Shown here piece by piece: positions 26,521 to 43,245 of a stretch of DNA of 64,000 nucleotides. The DNA is taken from the NCBI GenBank assembly GCA_964016885.1, contig OZ024751.1, forward strand, positions 49,414,001 to 49,478,000, written 5' to 3'. The stretch comes from Eledone cirrhosa. Its lineage: Eukaryota. Under the pieces are notes generated by a model that searched no databases, was not told the origin of the DNA, and was given only the letters and a program-made list of their open reading frames with translations. The position numbers and the translations under genes are program-made. Each line of letters starts with the position of its first letter. Position 1 is the first letter of the stretch.

Positions 26521-28927
26521 ATATATGTGAATATAGACATAGAATATTCGAAAATATTCTGTATGTTTATAATAAACATTTTGAAGACCTAATCGCTATA
26601 GAATAGAATACGTCACGTATTACAATTAGATTCTCGATAAAAGAAAGGGAAGTAATCTACGCGTTTCATTCTTGTTAGAATTCATCAGGACTACATATCC
26701 AGTGCTTTTATCGAGAATGGCACAGCTAGAGACTTATAGAATACTTAGCTGTGTACAGGAACTGGTTTGAAAGAGCGGTTGCCGGTCCGGCAGAAATTAG
26801 AAATTGGAATAAATGCTCTGAAATAGCGATATATATGTGAATATAGACATAGAATATTCGAAAATATTCTGTATGTTTATAATAAACATTTTGAAGACCT
26901 AATCGCTATAGAATAGAATACGTCACGTATTACAATTAGATTCTCGATAAAAGAAAGGGAAGTAATCTACGCGTTTCATTCTTGTTAGAATTCATCAGGA
27001 CTACATATCCAGTGCTTTTATCGAGAATGGCACAGCTAGAGACTTATAGAATACTTAGCTGTGTACAGGAACTGGTTTGAAAGAGCGGTTGCCGGTCCGG
27101 CAGAAATTAGAAATTGGAATAAATGCTCTGAAATAGCGATATATATGTGAATATAGACATAGAATATTCGAAAATATTCTGTATGTTTATAATAAACATT
27201 TTGAAGACCTAATCGCTATAGAATAGAATACGTCACGTATTACAATTAGATTCTCGATAAAAGAAAGGGAAGTAATCTACGCGTTTCATTCTTGTTAGAA
27301 TTCATCAGGACTACATATCCAGTGCTTTTATCGAGAATGGCACAGCTAGAGACTTATAGAATACTTAGCTGTGTACAGGAACTGGTTTGAAAGAGCGGTT
27401 GCCGGTCCGGCAGAAATTAGAAATTGGAATAAATGCTCTGAAATAGCGATATATATGTGAATATAGACATAGAATATTCGAAAATATTCTGTATGTTTAT
27501 AATAAACATTTTGAAGACCTAATCGCTATAGAATAGAATACGTCACGTATTACAATTAGATTCTCGATAAAAGAAAGGGAAGTAATCTACGCGTTTCATT
27601 CTTGTTAGAATTCATCAGGACTACATATCCAGTGCTTTTATCGAGAATGGCACAGCTAGAGACTTATAGAGTACTTAGCTGTGTACAGGAACTGGTTTGA
27701 AAGAGCGGTTGCCGGTCCGGCAGAAATTAGAAATTGGAATAAATGCTCTGAAATAGCGATATATATGTGAATATAGACATAGAATATTCGAAAATATTCT
27801 GTATGTTTATAATAAACATTTTGAAGACCTAATCGCTATAGAATAGAATACGTCACGTATTACAATTAGATTCTCGATAAAAGAAAGGGAAGTAATCTAC
27901 GCGTTTCATTCTTGTTAGAATTCATCAGGACTACATATCCAGTGCTTTTATCGAGAATGGCACAGCTAGAGACTTATAGAATACTTAGCTGTGTACAGGA
28001 ACTGGTTTGAAAGAGCGGTTGCCGGTCCGGCAGAAATTAGAAATTGGAATAAATGCTCTGAAATAGCGATATATATGTGAATATAGACATAGAATATTCG
28101 AAAATATTCTGTATGTTTATAATAAACATTTTGAAGACCTAATCGCTATAGAATAGAATACGTCACGTATTACAATTAGATTCTCGATAAAAGAAAGGGA
28201 AGTAATCTACGCGTTTCATTCTTGTTAGAATTCATCAGGACTACATATCCAGTGCTTTTATCGAGAATGGCACAGCTAGAGACTTATAGAATACTTAGCT
28301 GTGTACAGGAACTGGTTTGAAAGAGCGGTTGCCGGTCCGGCAGAAATTAGAAATTGGAATAAATGCTCTGAAATAGCGATATATATGTGAATATAGACAT
28401 AGAATATTCGAAAATATTCTGTATGTTTATAATAAACATTTTGAAGACCTAATCGCTATAGAATAGAATACGTCACGTATTACAATTAGATTCTCGATAA
28501 AAGAAAGGGAAGTAATCTACGCGTTTCATTCTTGTTAGAATTCATCAGGACTACATATCCAGTGCTTTTATCGAGAATGGCACAGCTAGAGACTTATAGA
28601 ATACTTAGCTGTGTACAGGAACTGGTTTGAAAGAGCGGTTGCCGGTCCGGCAGAAATTAGAAATTGGAATAAATGCTCTGAAATAGCGATATATATGTGA
28701 ATATAGACATAGAATATTCGAAAATATTCTGTATGTTTATAATAAACATTTTGAAGACCTAATCGCTATAGAATAGAATACGTCACGTATTACAATTAGA
28801 TTCTCGATAAAAGAAAGGGAAGTAATCTACGCGTTTCATTCTTGTTAGAATTCATCAGGACTACATATCCAGTGCTTTTATCGAGAATGGCACAGCTAGA
28901 GACTTATAGAATACTTAGCTGTGTACA
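26521..28927 (-). repeat. 310-bp tandem array, left arm (7 full copies + ~237 bp), with 8 hammerheads (first 26652-26694, then every 310 bp)
   Basis: Unit starts at 26521, 26831, ... 28691. The only difference seen is A>G at 27671. Confidence 0.95.
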
Positions 28928-30512
28928 TATATATCGCTATTTCAGAGCATTTATTCCAATTTCTAATTTCTGCCGGACCGGCAACCGCTCTTTCAAACCA
29001 GTTCCTGTACACAGCTAAGTATTCTATAAGTCTCTAGCTGTGCCATTCTCGATAAAAGCACTGGATATGTAGTCCTGATGAATTCTAACAAGAATGAAAC
29101 GCGTAGATTACTTCCCTTTCTTTTATCGAGAATCTAATTGTAATACGTGACGTATTCTATTCTATAGCGATTAGGTCTTCAAAATGTTTATTATAAACAT
29201 ACAGAATATTTTCGAATATTCTATGTCTATATTCACATATATATCGCTATTTCAGAGCATTTATTCCAATTTCTAATTTCTGCCGGACCGGCAACCGCTC
29301 TTTCAAACCAGTTCCTGTACACAGCTAAGTATTCTATAAGTCTCTAGCTGTGCCATTCTCGATAAAAGCACTGGATATGTAGTCCTGATGAATTCTAACA
29401 AGAATGAAACGCGTAGATTACTTCCCTTTCTTTTATCGAGAATCTAATTGTAATACGTGACGTATTCTATTCTATAGCGATTAGGTCTTCAAAATGTTTA
29501 TTATAAACATACAGAATATTTTCGAATATTCTATGTCTATATTCACATATATATCGCTATTTCAGAGCATTTATTCCAATTTCTAATTTCTGCCGGACCG
29601 GCAACCGCTCTTTCAAACCAGTTCCTGTACACAGCTAAGTATTCTATAAGTCTCTAGCTGTGCCATTCTCGATAAAAGCACTGGATATGTAGTCCTGATG
29701 AATTCTAACAAGAATGAAACGCGTAGATTACTTCCCTTTCTTTTATCGAGAATCTAATTGTAATACGTGACGTATTCTATTCTATAGCGATTAGGTCTTC
29801 AAAATGTTTATTATAAACATACAGAATATTTTCGAATATTCTATGTCTATATTCACATATATATCGCTATTTCAGAGCATTTATTCCAATTTCTAATTTC
29901 TGCCGGACCGGCAACCGCTCTTTCAAACCAGTTCCTGTACACAGCTAAGTATTCTATAAGTCTCTAGCTGTGCCATTCTCGATAAAAGCACTGGATATGT
30001 AGTCCTGATGAATTCTAACAAGAATGAAACGCGTAGATTACTTCCCTTTCTTTTATCGAGAATCTAATTGTAATACGTGACGTATTCTATTCTATAGCGA
30101 TTAGGTCTTCAAAATGTTTATTATAAACATACAGAATATTTTCGAATATTCTATGTCTATATTCACATATATATCGCTATTTCAGAGCATTTATTCCAAT
30201 TTCTAATTTCTGCCGGACCGGCAACCGCTCTTTCAAACCAGTTCCTGTACACAGCTAAGTATTCTATAAGTCTCTAGCTGTGCCATTCTCGATAAAAGCA
30301 CTGGATATGTAGTCCTGATGAATTCTAACAAGAATGAAACGCGTAGATTACTTCCCTTTCTTTTATCGAGAATCTAATTGTAATACGTGACGTATTCTAT
30401 TCTATAGCGATTAGGTCTTCAAAATGTTTATTATAAACATACAGAATATTTTCGAATATTCTATGTCTATATTCACATATATATCGCTATTTCAGAGCAT
30501 TTATTCCAATTT
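28925..30512 (+). repeat. 310-bp tandem array, inverted right arm (5 full copies + ~35 bp), with 5 hammerheads (first 29069-29111, then every 310 bp)
   Basis: Exact reverse complement of the left-arm unit. ATATCGCTAT recurs at 28931, 29241, ... 30481. Confidence 0.95.
29069..29111 (+). ncRNA. Minimal type I hammerhead ribozyme (representative of 13 copies)
   Basis: GUAGUC-CUGAUGA-AUUCU-AACA-AGAAU-GAAAC-GC-GUA|GAUUAC. Catalytic core intact. Palindromic ACGCGU in stem III. Confidence 0.92.
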
Positions 30513-30626
30513 ATATATATATATATATATGAAAAAGTATGACCCCCTATTTTCCACTCTACTACCTTAAGTATTGAGTAATCTGGTGCGTTATGTTCCA
30601 TCTGGTTCCTTACCACAATTCCTTTG

Positions 30627-30749
<123 letters not shown>

Positions 30750-31027
30750 TATATATATTAGCTTCCGTCCGACCTATATAACTTTTTGACGTTAATTTAT
30801 GTTCCTTTTAGTTTTCCTTGCACTTTCAGATTCTCTGCTTTTCGATCAATTATCACAGTTTAGAAAATCGCTATATTCTGCTATTCCGCTATTCTGCGCG
30901 CGCTCCCATACCTACAATTCCACAGAAAATGATTTACCTCTCTCTCTCTTACCTTTCCTTCTCTCTGTACATAAATAAACACACACACACACACATATAT
31001 ATATATATGTATATAAATATATATAAG

Positions 31028-31081
<54 letters not shown>

Positions 31082-31111
31082 TATATCTATCTATCTATAT
31101 ATGCATGTATG

Positions 31112-31155
<44 letters not shown>

Positions 31156-31269
31156 CAAACTATGGTCAAGATTACAGTACTTCAAACGAGTAAATTGAAT
31201 TATGAATCCTAAATATGCCCAGTCACATTTCAGACGGATAATCACATGATGTTTATGTACATTCGTGTA

Positions 31270-32695
<1,426 letters not shown>

Positions 32696-32936
32696 GTCTC
32701 TGTGTGTATTTCTGAATTCATATGTATACTTGCATGCACAGACAAACGGTGCGTACAGAATTTTCAAAAAATAAAATAAATACTTCAACCGATATCCATT
32801 AATCTTATTTGATTATATACTCTCTTACAAATAATCAGTTATGCGACACCAACATCCATTCATACACAACATAATGTTTTTATTTCTAAGTATTAACATA
32901 TATATATATATTTACACACAAGAATATATATATATT

Positions 32937-33044
<108 letters not shown>

Positions 33045-33148
33045 CGCGTGTCTTTGTGTGTGTGTGTATATATATGCATACATATATATGTATACATTTC
33101 TTAATCTTTTGTGCAACATTTAGAGAGAGAGAGAGGGAGAGAGAGATT

Positions 33149-33183
<35 letters not shown>

Positions 33184-33259
33184 ATATATATATGCATGTA
33201 TATATATATCTACATATACATGTATATATATATTCATATATATATGCATATATATATGC

Positions 33260-33290
<31 letters not shown>

Positions 33291-33347
33291 CATGTACATA
33301 TACATCTGTATATACATACATATATATATACATCTGTATATACATAC

Positions 33348-33378
<31 letters not shown>

Positions 33379-33732
33379 TATATATATATACAAATACAAC
33401 CATATATGTACATGGGTGTGAGCCTCTGTGAGTGTTTATTTGTCTCTTTGTGCGTGCTTACATATATAGACATATACATATTTATTAAGAGATTTGGGAA
33501 AATCAAAGCTAGTATGAAATTGAGATATAATAGAAAGTGATATTCCATCATGTTGAATTCTGTTTTTCTACAATTTGGCCCATATTTATCGCTTTCATGG
33601 CACATTTATTTCACACCAATAGAGTATTATATTCGTCTTCGTTGATGGATTCATATATCATTGTCTAAGTACACACACACACTCAAACACATACACAAAC
33701 AGACACAAACATACATACACACACACCCACAA

Positions 33733-33802
<70 letters not shown>

Positions 33803-33887
33803 ATAATCAACTAATGTATAGGAAAACGTTTCATTTTTATCCTCCGTTCTTGATAAAATATTCCGTACAATAAAGCATCAATATGTG

Positions 33888-33998
<111 letters not shown>

Positions 33999-34646
33999 AT
34001 GTGTGTGTTTCTGTGTTTGCAGATGTGATTGTGTTTATGTAGGTACATACTTTGCTAGGCCCACCTGTATCTACATACGTATCTAGTAACATTTATGCAT
34101 GGAAGTGAGAATCATATATGCAAAATATTTGATATTTAAATGCTGCTCTGTTCAAAATTACCTTTGAACCTTACGAAATATGTAAAACAAAGTACAACTT
34201 ATGTACTTATGTTCATCTTGTCCATTATAGTCTCCCCATATTGAACATTTATGCTTACTTCAGAGTTATGTATTAAGAAAACTTACAGATCCTTTATATT
34301 TTGTGTATGATCATCTGTCGCGCCTACTGAAAAATCATGCGATTATAAATATATCTAGTTCAGTGTTTTTGATAGTGCATTTGTTTATGTTTGTGGAAAT
34401 GGTATCTCTTTTTTTTTTTCTATTTTTCCATTCTTCTTCTGAGGAAGAACGCTTCTTTATACGTCCATGTTGAAAAATTTATAGCAACAATACTTAGAGA
34501 ATTACGTGATATATTTGATGTAGGTTTTGCTGTAGGTTTTAGTGTAGGTATACTCAATGTTTTGCTTAGACATACTTGTTTGCAGCGTTCCTCTATCTAT
34601 CTATATCACCCCCTCCCTCTCTCTATCTCCCTCATATGTATATATA

Positions 34647-34694
<48 letters not shown>

Positions 34695-34731
34695 TATATA
34701 AATATATATATAAATTTATATAAATATATAT

Positions 34732-35490
<759 letters not shown>

Positions 35491-35591
35491 ATATATATAT
35501 ATATATAAATATATATATATAAATATATATATATAATGGTTGCATTCTTTAAGGGTATATCAATATATATTTATAAAACTGATCTATATTA

Positions 35592-35656
35592 TATTTTATC
35601 TGATGAAAGCACACCATAATTTAACTTGGTGTCCTTGAAATATGTATAATGAAATA
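35592..35656 (+). ncRNA. Hammerhead ribozyme
   Basis: UAUUUUAU-CUGAUGA-AAGCACACCA...UGGUGUCCUU-GAAAUAUGUAUA-AUGAAAUA. Confidence 0.75.
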
Positions 35657-35696
35657 AATATGGTTTTATAAATATAGTTTCCATTTGTTAATATCG

Positions 35697-35840
<144 letters not shown>

Positions 35841-36025
35841 TTTATAAATATAAATATACATATAAGGGATAACAAAATATCGTTATAGGTAATCCAGTTA
35901 GAGGTTGTGAATACTTCTTATTATGGATAGTCTTACCGTACGGCGCTGTTTGACTCTTTTGTACTGTTGACCATGTTATTCTCCACTTTTTCAATTATAT
36001 ATATACATATATATATATTATATAT

Positions 36026-36525
36026 AGTGACGAAACATAAGTCAATTGCATGAACTCATAATCCTTTATTTACTGCTATATATATTTCGATGATACCCAT
36101 TAAATGGCTATGACCTCATCAGGCAGTTAGACAGTTCTTAGATATGCCAGCTCTGTGTGTATAGTGTTGATGGTATCAGAGCCTTGGGACATATGAGCTT
36201 GTTAAGAATATTTTGATGTTGTCAGCAGGAATAGTCTTGATTCTCATTGGGCAGTTTGTAGATGGTAGTAGGTTGGTATTTGACCTCAAAGAGGCAGGTG
36301 GTTCTGTAAGGTTCAAACCATCAGGCAAGATGACAATAGTTCCACATGACTGATTTTCACAAAATGCATTCCTGGTTAGATATATTTTCAAATAAGGTTA
36401 ATAGTATGAAATAGATACTACAGGTCATTCTTAAATTGAGGAATTTATGTGGAGTGGTGCTACTGAAAATTATGGCTGGAGTAGAAAGTTTACAAATAAA
36501 AGGCTTATGTAGGTTGGCTTGCACT
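36026..36525 (-). mobile_element. PLE 3' fragment: HHR at 36072-36127 downstream of a possible GIY-YIG C-terminal remnant
   Basis: HHR stem I is ACUGC/GCAGU. ORF 36176-36391 contains GTIVILPDGLN, similar to the TLxPxGLN end of PLE endonucleases. Confidence 0.6.
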
Positions 36526-36773
36526 ACACTCACACACACCTCCACAGACACACACACACTTCCACACATACAAAAAGTGGGGTGGTAATACTTAATATAA
36601 TGGTTAGAGTCCAATACTTAGATAGTTTAAAACATTTAGAAATAAAGGGTTCATGCTGGTTCATTTGTACATACACTTACACCTACCCCCCTCAAACACT
36701 CACACATCTACACACACAAATCCATACAACTGTGTATATATACATATGCATGCATGAATGCACAAGTATACAC

Positions 36774-36805
<32 letters not shown>

Positions 36806-36860
36806 GTGAGGTTTTTTTTACAAAATGAAAAATAACCGAGGTGTCCTACACGAGTGGAAG

Positions 36861-37014
36861 TATAAAGAAAAAGGGATGAAATCGAAAATGCAACTGAAGT
36901 CTTATTTTTTTTTTAAATATATATATTTATTTGGTTCCTTGGGACCAAATAAATATATATATTTTTTTAAAAAATAACACTTCAGTTGCATTTTCGATTT
37001 CATCCCTTTTTCTT

Positions 37015-37020
<6 letters not shown>
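36861..37020. repeat. ~160-bp imperfect palindrome in (TA)n
   Basis: Centre TTTGGTTCC-TT-GGGACCAAA, with arms complementary out to TATAAAGAAAA. Confidence 0.85.
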
Positions 37021-37047
<27 letters not shown>

Positions 37048-37304
37048 TATATATACACAGAACATACATATATATAAAAAATACATACATACTAAAATAT
37101 AAAAAAATATATATATACACATAGAATACACACACACAAAAATATATACACACGTAAAACATATATATATATATATATAAAAATACACACACATACACAC
37201 ATATATATATAAAATATATACATACAGATACGCACACATATAAAAATACGCATACATACACATATATATACACATGATACATATATACACATATATATAT
37301 ATAT

Positions 37305-38080
37305 ATAAAGAATTAATATATCTACCGACATATGTATACAGATGCATACCTATGCTAGCAGATATATATGTTTTGTCTTAGTAACTTTGTGGTTCTATGC
37401 AGGGGAATGCAGAACAATTATATGAAAGACGTAAATAAGAAAGTTATGAAAATTGACTTACTTACTAAAATTTCACTCCAACTAATTAGTTTCTGTAAGG
37501 GGATAAATATAGTTACGTAATAACTATAGACAAGCCTTACGTCATCCATCAGGTAGTCATCAGGTAGTCCAGGCAATGCGGGGAGACTGGGAACTTATAT
37601 ACAAATAATTCAGTGGATGGAAAAAAGCAAGCGGGCTAGATTCCAAGCCACTGAAAAATTCACTGCCTTCTTGGTCAAGTGGCAAATTCAAAAGAATCAA
37701 TCACGTGACACTGAGGTTAACCAGCTTGGTGTGGGGGTGCTATTAAGACAGAGCCTAGCTACTACTATCAGTCACAGTAGTAATTTGGCAAATTTTGCTC
37801 AACAAATAATTTGGAGGAATTATAAAGAATTAATATATCTACCGACATATGTATACAGATGCATACCTATGCTAGCAGATATATATGTTTTGTCTTAGTA
37901 CCTTTGTGGTTCTATGCAGGGGAATGCAGAACAATTGGAAACTTAGCTGAGAATAGACTCCCTGATGACGTAAGGCTTCTCTATAGTTATTACGTAACTA
38001 TATTTATCCCCTTACAGAAACTAATTATTTGGAGTGAAATTTTAGTAAGTAAGTCAATTTTCATAACTTTCTTATTTACG

Positions 38081-38087
<7 letters not shown>
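37305..38087. mobile_element. PLE-like cassette: direct repeat (37305-37419 / 37822-37936), inverted arms, HHR at 37957-38035 (plus) and 37475-37553 (minus)
   Basis: ACUCC-CUGAUGA-CGUAAGG...CCUUACA-GAAAC-UAAUUA-(G/U)UU-GGAGU. Each copy has a different lesion. Confidence 0.7.
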
Positions 38088-38172
<85 letters not shown>

Positions 38173-38857
38173 CTCGTTCAGATTTTGTACTGAGGCAGTT
38201 AGTAATATATCGCAGAACCCCAACTATCACAGGGACAACTATAAAAGTTATAATCAGCAAAAGAATGACCAATGCAAATAATGTTTCTTCAATCAGACCT
38301 GACCATCATCCCCTTTGTAGTTTAATGTATTTTCCCATGTACCCTAATGTTGATATATATATCTCACACCCTCTACATTAGTAAATCTTCGTTCAACGTT
38401 GTTGCTCTTATTGTTGTTGTTGATTTGAGCCAGTTCAGGCTCCGTAGAACAGTAAAACATACCAGCTATAAACATCCTGTATATTCTTTCCATGCATCTT
38501 CTACTTCTTTATGTACTTTTTAATATCGTTGTTGTTATTTTTACTTAGCTCCATGTCTGTTCTGATATTGCAAAAGTATGATAGTTTCAAGCATGGATGC
38601 TTCCTCATTGTCCAGGTAGATGGCGGTCTCTATTATAGTCATGGAATAAATATGGTTAGCATATTTCAATGTCCATTCCATGTATTTATTTGATATGATG
38701 GTAATATATTACTGAAATAAATCATAAAGTTTAGTCGTGTTATAAATAAACATATTAGCAGCAGCGCTAAAATATTGTGGTACCGAGTAGAGGCGTCTAT
38801 GAGCGCACACTAACACACACACACACAAACATATATATATGTATATATATATATATG

Positions 38858-39320
<463 letters not shown>

Positions 39321-39522
39321 AGTGTAAAGTCCAGTTACTGTAGGTTCACCAGAGTGAGCACTCGATGTTTAGTTTCCAGTTAGTATACAGATGTAGTACT
39401 AACCAGAGTTTACCATATAAATATATAATAGTTTTTGTATAATAAACAAACACAAGTTTTGCTGTGAGTGCTCGTGTCAGAGCAACCTCAATATCAATGT
39501 AAGAGTATTATATACGTAGTTC

Positions 39523-39698
39523 GGGGCGGTATCGGTAGAAGGTCGGATGCCATGTTTTACAGCCTAGAGTTACGCCCCTTTATAGTCTGAGTTCAAATCC
39601 CGCCGAGCTTCACTTTGCCTTTTATCCTTACCGGGTCGATAAAATAAAGTACCAATAATGTAGTGGAATAATTGCTGGCCTTGTGCCAATAGTAGAAA
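39523..39698 (+). mobile_element. SINE copy
   Basis: Head GGCGGTATCGGTAGA, B box GTTCAAATCC and the standard body. Confidence 0.8.
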
Positions 39699-40802
39699 CA
39701 AGTATATGCGTAGTTCATGAGGATTATCATTCATTAGTAATACTCTCTTACTAAGGTATTCTCGGGTTATAAATATATAAGTTCTTATAAATGCAAAATT
39801 TCCATGAAGGTTAATTTACATATAATGCAAAATTGTCAGGTTAGTAGTAATTAACAGTACCACATAAATATATATCCCCAATAGTTATCGGATCGAAAGT
39901 CGCGGGAATATTATTAACACATGAGGAATCCAGTACTTTATATACGCATTCATCTATTTCGACGCAACCTCTAACTTCTCAAAAAGACAAACACATATAC
40001 GGTCACATACAGAAGCATACATACACACACATATATGTGTGTGTATGTGTGAACGTATTAGAAAGGGAGAAAGGTGGGGTGATAGATTGATAAATAGATT
40101 GTGTTTCATAAGTATGGTAGACCAATGAAAACTATTGTAAGGAAGGGACGATTAAAAGTGGGATGCAACAAGCAGAATGCTAATGCTTTAATATTCCGTG
40201 AGCAGTAAGTTCGGCGAGTAAATTACAGACATTAAACTAAATTTATTACTGGTGCCATGTTTAGATAAATTTGCCTGTTAACCCAGAATTACTGAAGAAT
40301 CGTAACTGAAAATTTAAAATTATTTTAATCAGTTAGACTTTCTGCTACAAGGAACAATTGAATAATAATAATTATAAACACACACGCACACAGACACACA
40401 GACACACACACAGACACACAGACACACACACAGACACACAGACACACACACAAACAACTATATATATATTATATATATATAAATATATATATATATAACG
40501 AAGGGAGTGTGGTAAGGAACCAGGTAGACCATAACGCACCAGAGTACTCGATACTTTGGGTAGTAGAGTAGGTAATAGGAAAAGGTGCAGGACCCCGACG
40601 GCAGAGCTCAAGCCGTTTCAACGGTTATTTCTGGACTCGAGAAATGGCGTCCAGAAATAGCCGTCGGGGTCCTGAACCTTTTCCTATATATATATATATG
40701 TGTGTGTGTTGGAAAAGTAAATATCAACAACAAGGAGTACAGTTACGAAAGGTGTTAGGTATTAGGTTCACGCTTGAGAGTGTGGTGGGGGATGGGGGGG
40801 GG

Positions 40803-40832
40803 GCGTTTCGGGCATAACCCCTTCATCAGGAG
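40803..40832 (-). ncRNA. Hammerhead core remnant
   Basis: CUGAUGA-A-GGG-GUUAUG-CCC-GAAACG. The cleavage strand is missing. Confidence 0.4.
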
Positions 40833-41481
40833 GATGGTGGGAAGGAGAGGAATTCCGAGAAGGTGTGAGGGGGGAGTGCTGGAAAAACATTAAAACAACA
40901 GGAAAAAATAAAAATACAGGGAAACGAAACGAAAGCGCTACCTAATGTCTCAAGGCCTAATATTGATATATATCCAGAATAAACTCATCTAAGCGCCTGA
41001 AGATTAGGACACAATGTTGATCCCTCTTACATTCTGGAGCTATGGTCAATATTGGGCCTTGACACTTTAGTTAACGCTATTGTTCCGTATATGAACATAC
41101 AAAAGTAATATAATATATCATCTCTCTTCCCATTTGAGGACTGATCAACACACGTGGAAATTACTTGGGACTACCCAAATGTCATAAAACATTGTAGTTT
41201 AAAAACGGTGAAAGCAAAGTTGAGTCCTTCTAACGCACCTGAGTATATATGTGTATCTTTGATCTTTAAAAATGAAATGTTACTATAAGATTCAGATTAC
41301 ATGTGTATTTAAATGAATTCAAACCGTTTCCTGTAATAATGGTTCCTGTTGCTTTAACTTATTCAAAGATAAAGATAAGATATGAAATTTAAAATGTCGT
41401 AAATTAAAATGTAAAAACATCCCATTTTCATTATTTTCACAGTATAAGCTCTTCTTGTAGAATCCTATATATTAGCAATAA

Positions 41482-42010
41482 GAAATAGCGATGTATACAT
41501 GAATATATGTATAGTATATTTGGCAATATACCGTATGTTTAATTTAAAATATTTTGAAGACCTTGCGTTATCATTTTAAAGTAGTGACTATGTCACTTAC
41601 TTCTTTTTTCGGCAAATTAAACATACGGTATATTGCCAAATATACTATACATATATTCATGTATACATCGCTATTTCAGAGAACCAATTCTAACTTTTTA
41701 TTTTTGCTGGACCGGCAATCGCTCTGTATAATCAGTTCCTGATTATTACTGGAATTCTATAAGAATCCAGCCTCTATAATTTTCGGCAGAGGCGAGGAGT
41801 ACGTTGCTCTGAGGATCACCAACAGTGTGAAACAGAATCTGTCAGCTTCTCTCCCTTCGTCTGCCGAAAAAAGTAGTAAGTGTCATAGTCACTACATTAA
41901 AATGATAGCGCAAGGTCTTCAACATATTTTAAATTAAATATACGGTATATTACCAAACATACTATACATACATTCATGTATACATCGCTATTTCAGAGCA
42001 CCGATTCTAA
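41482..42010 (+). mobile_element. Diverged relative of the 310-bp unit (317-bp monomer plus overlap, preceded by an inverted arm), HHR at 41806-41846
   Basis: ATCGCTATTTCAGAG occurs at 41667 and 41984. Shares GGACCGGCAA, CAGTTCCTG, TTCTATAAG and AGGTCTTCAA with the array. HHR: GCU-CUGAGGA-UCAC..GUGU-GAAACAG-AAU-CUGUC-AGC. Confidence 0.8.
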
Positions 42011-42057
42011 TATATATATATATATATAGTTCTGTAATAAACAACATAAGGCAATTA

Positions 42058-42118
42058 TTTCATTTACTAGTGGTTTCTTAAAAGCAAACAAATTTTGCTT
42101 TCAATCATCAGAATGAAA
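42058..42118 (-). ncRNA. Hammerhead ribozyme in the PLE 3' UTR
   Basis: UUUCAUU-CUGAUGA-UUGAAAGCAAA-AUUUG-UUUGCUUUUAA-GAAAC-CACUA-GUA-AAUGAAA. Confidence 0.9.
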
Positions 42119-42483
42119 AAATCCTGGTGTATGTATTGGCATTGGATTTTAAAAACAAAAATATAATCTATATGAAAGTGAGGCTGGAAAAGGAAGAATG
42201 AAAGGAAAAATAAACACACATGCACACGCACACACACACACACAATTATATACATACACATATATACACATACACACATATATACATACACACATATACA
42301 CACACACACACATATATGTGTATATATATACATACACATACATATACACATACATACATACACACATATATATCAACATATCCATACAAACAGATGCATA
42401 CACATACACAAACATGCATACACACACACATGCATATATATATATATATATAAATATAAATATATATATACATGTATACACAC

Positions 42484-42514
<31 letters not shown>

Positions 42515-42932
42515 CACATACATACACATACATACATACATATATACACATACATACATACATACACACAATCATACATATATACACACGTACATACACC
42601 TACATACATACACATATATATAACGCATACATACGCATGCACAAATATAGAAATATGTACACACACCTACATACTCACACACACAAATAATTATAAGAAA
42701 ACATATAATAATAAAAATACCGTCAAAAAAATGAATATGAACATTATTATAGTGTTGACAGCGATACAGGCAACAAATAAATGAACAAACACACGTGGTA
42801 AGCAATACACGCAATTGCACGTACACATACATACGTAAAAATAAATACATACGCATTCTCACACATACATATACAATTACATATACACATACATACGCAT
42901 ACACATATATATACACACACATAACCATATAT

Positions 42933-42983
<51 letters not shown>

Positions 42984-43110
42984 CATATCCATACATACAT
43001 ACACATACATACATATCACAAACACATACATACAAACACAAACACACACATAAGTATGTGTGTAAAACTCATTCTTAGATGTATTCATATGAACCTTGTT
43101 TAACTCTAAA

Positions 43111-43150
<40 letters not shown>

Positions 43151-43186
43151 ACCTACACACACATATACATACACATACATATGCAT

Positions 43187-43245
<59 letters not shown>

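Noticed and set aside
26521-30512. CRISPR array or ordinary centromeric satellite
   Set aside because: No unique spacers and no cas genes. The units are identical, short-arrayed, inverted and ribozyme-bearing.
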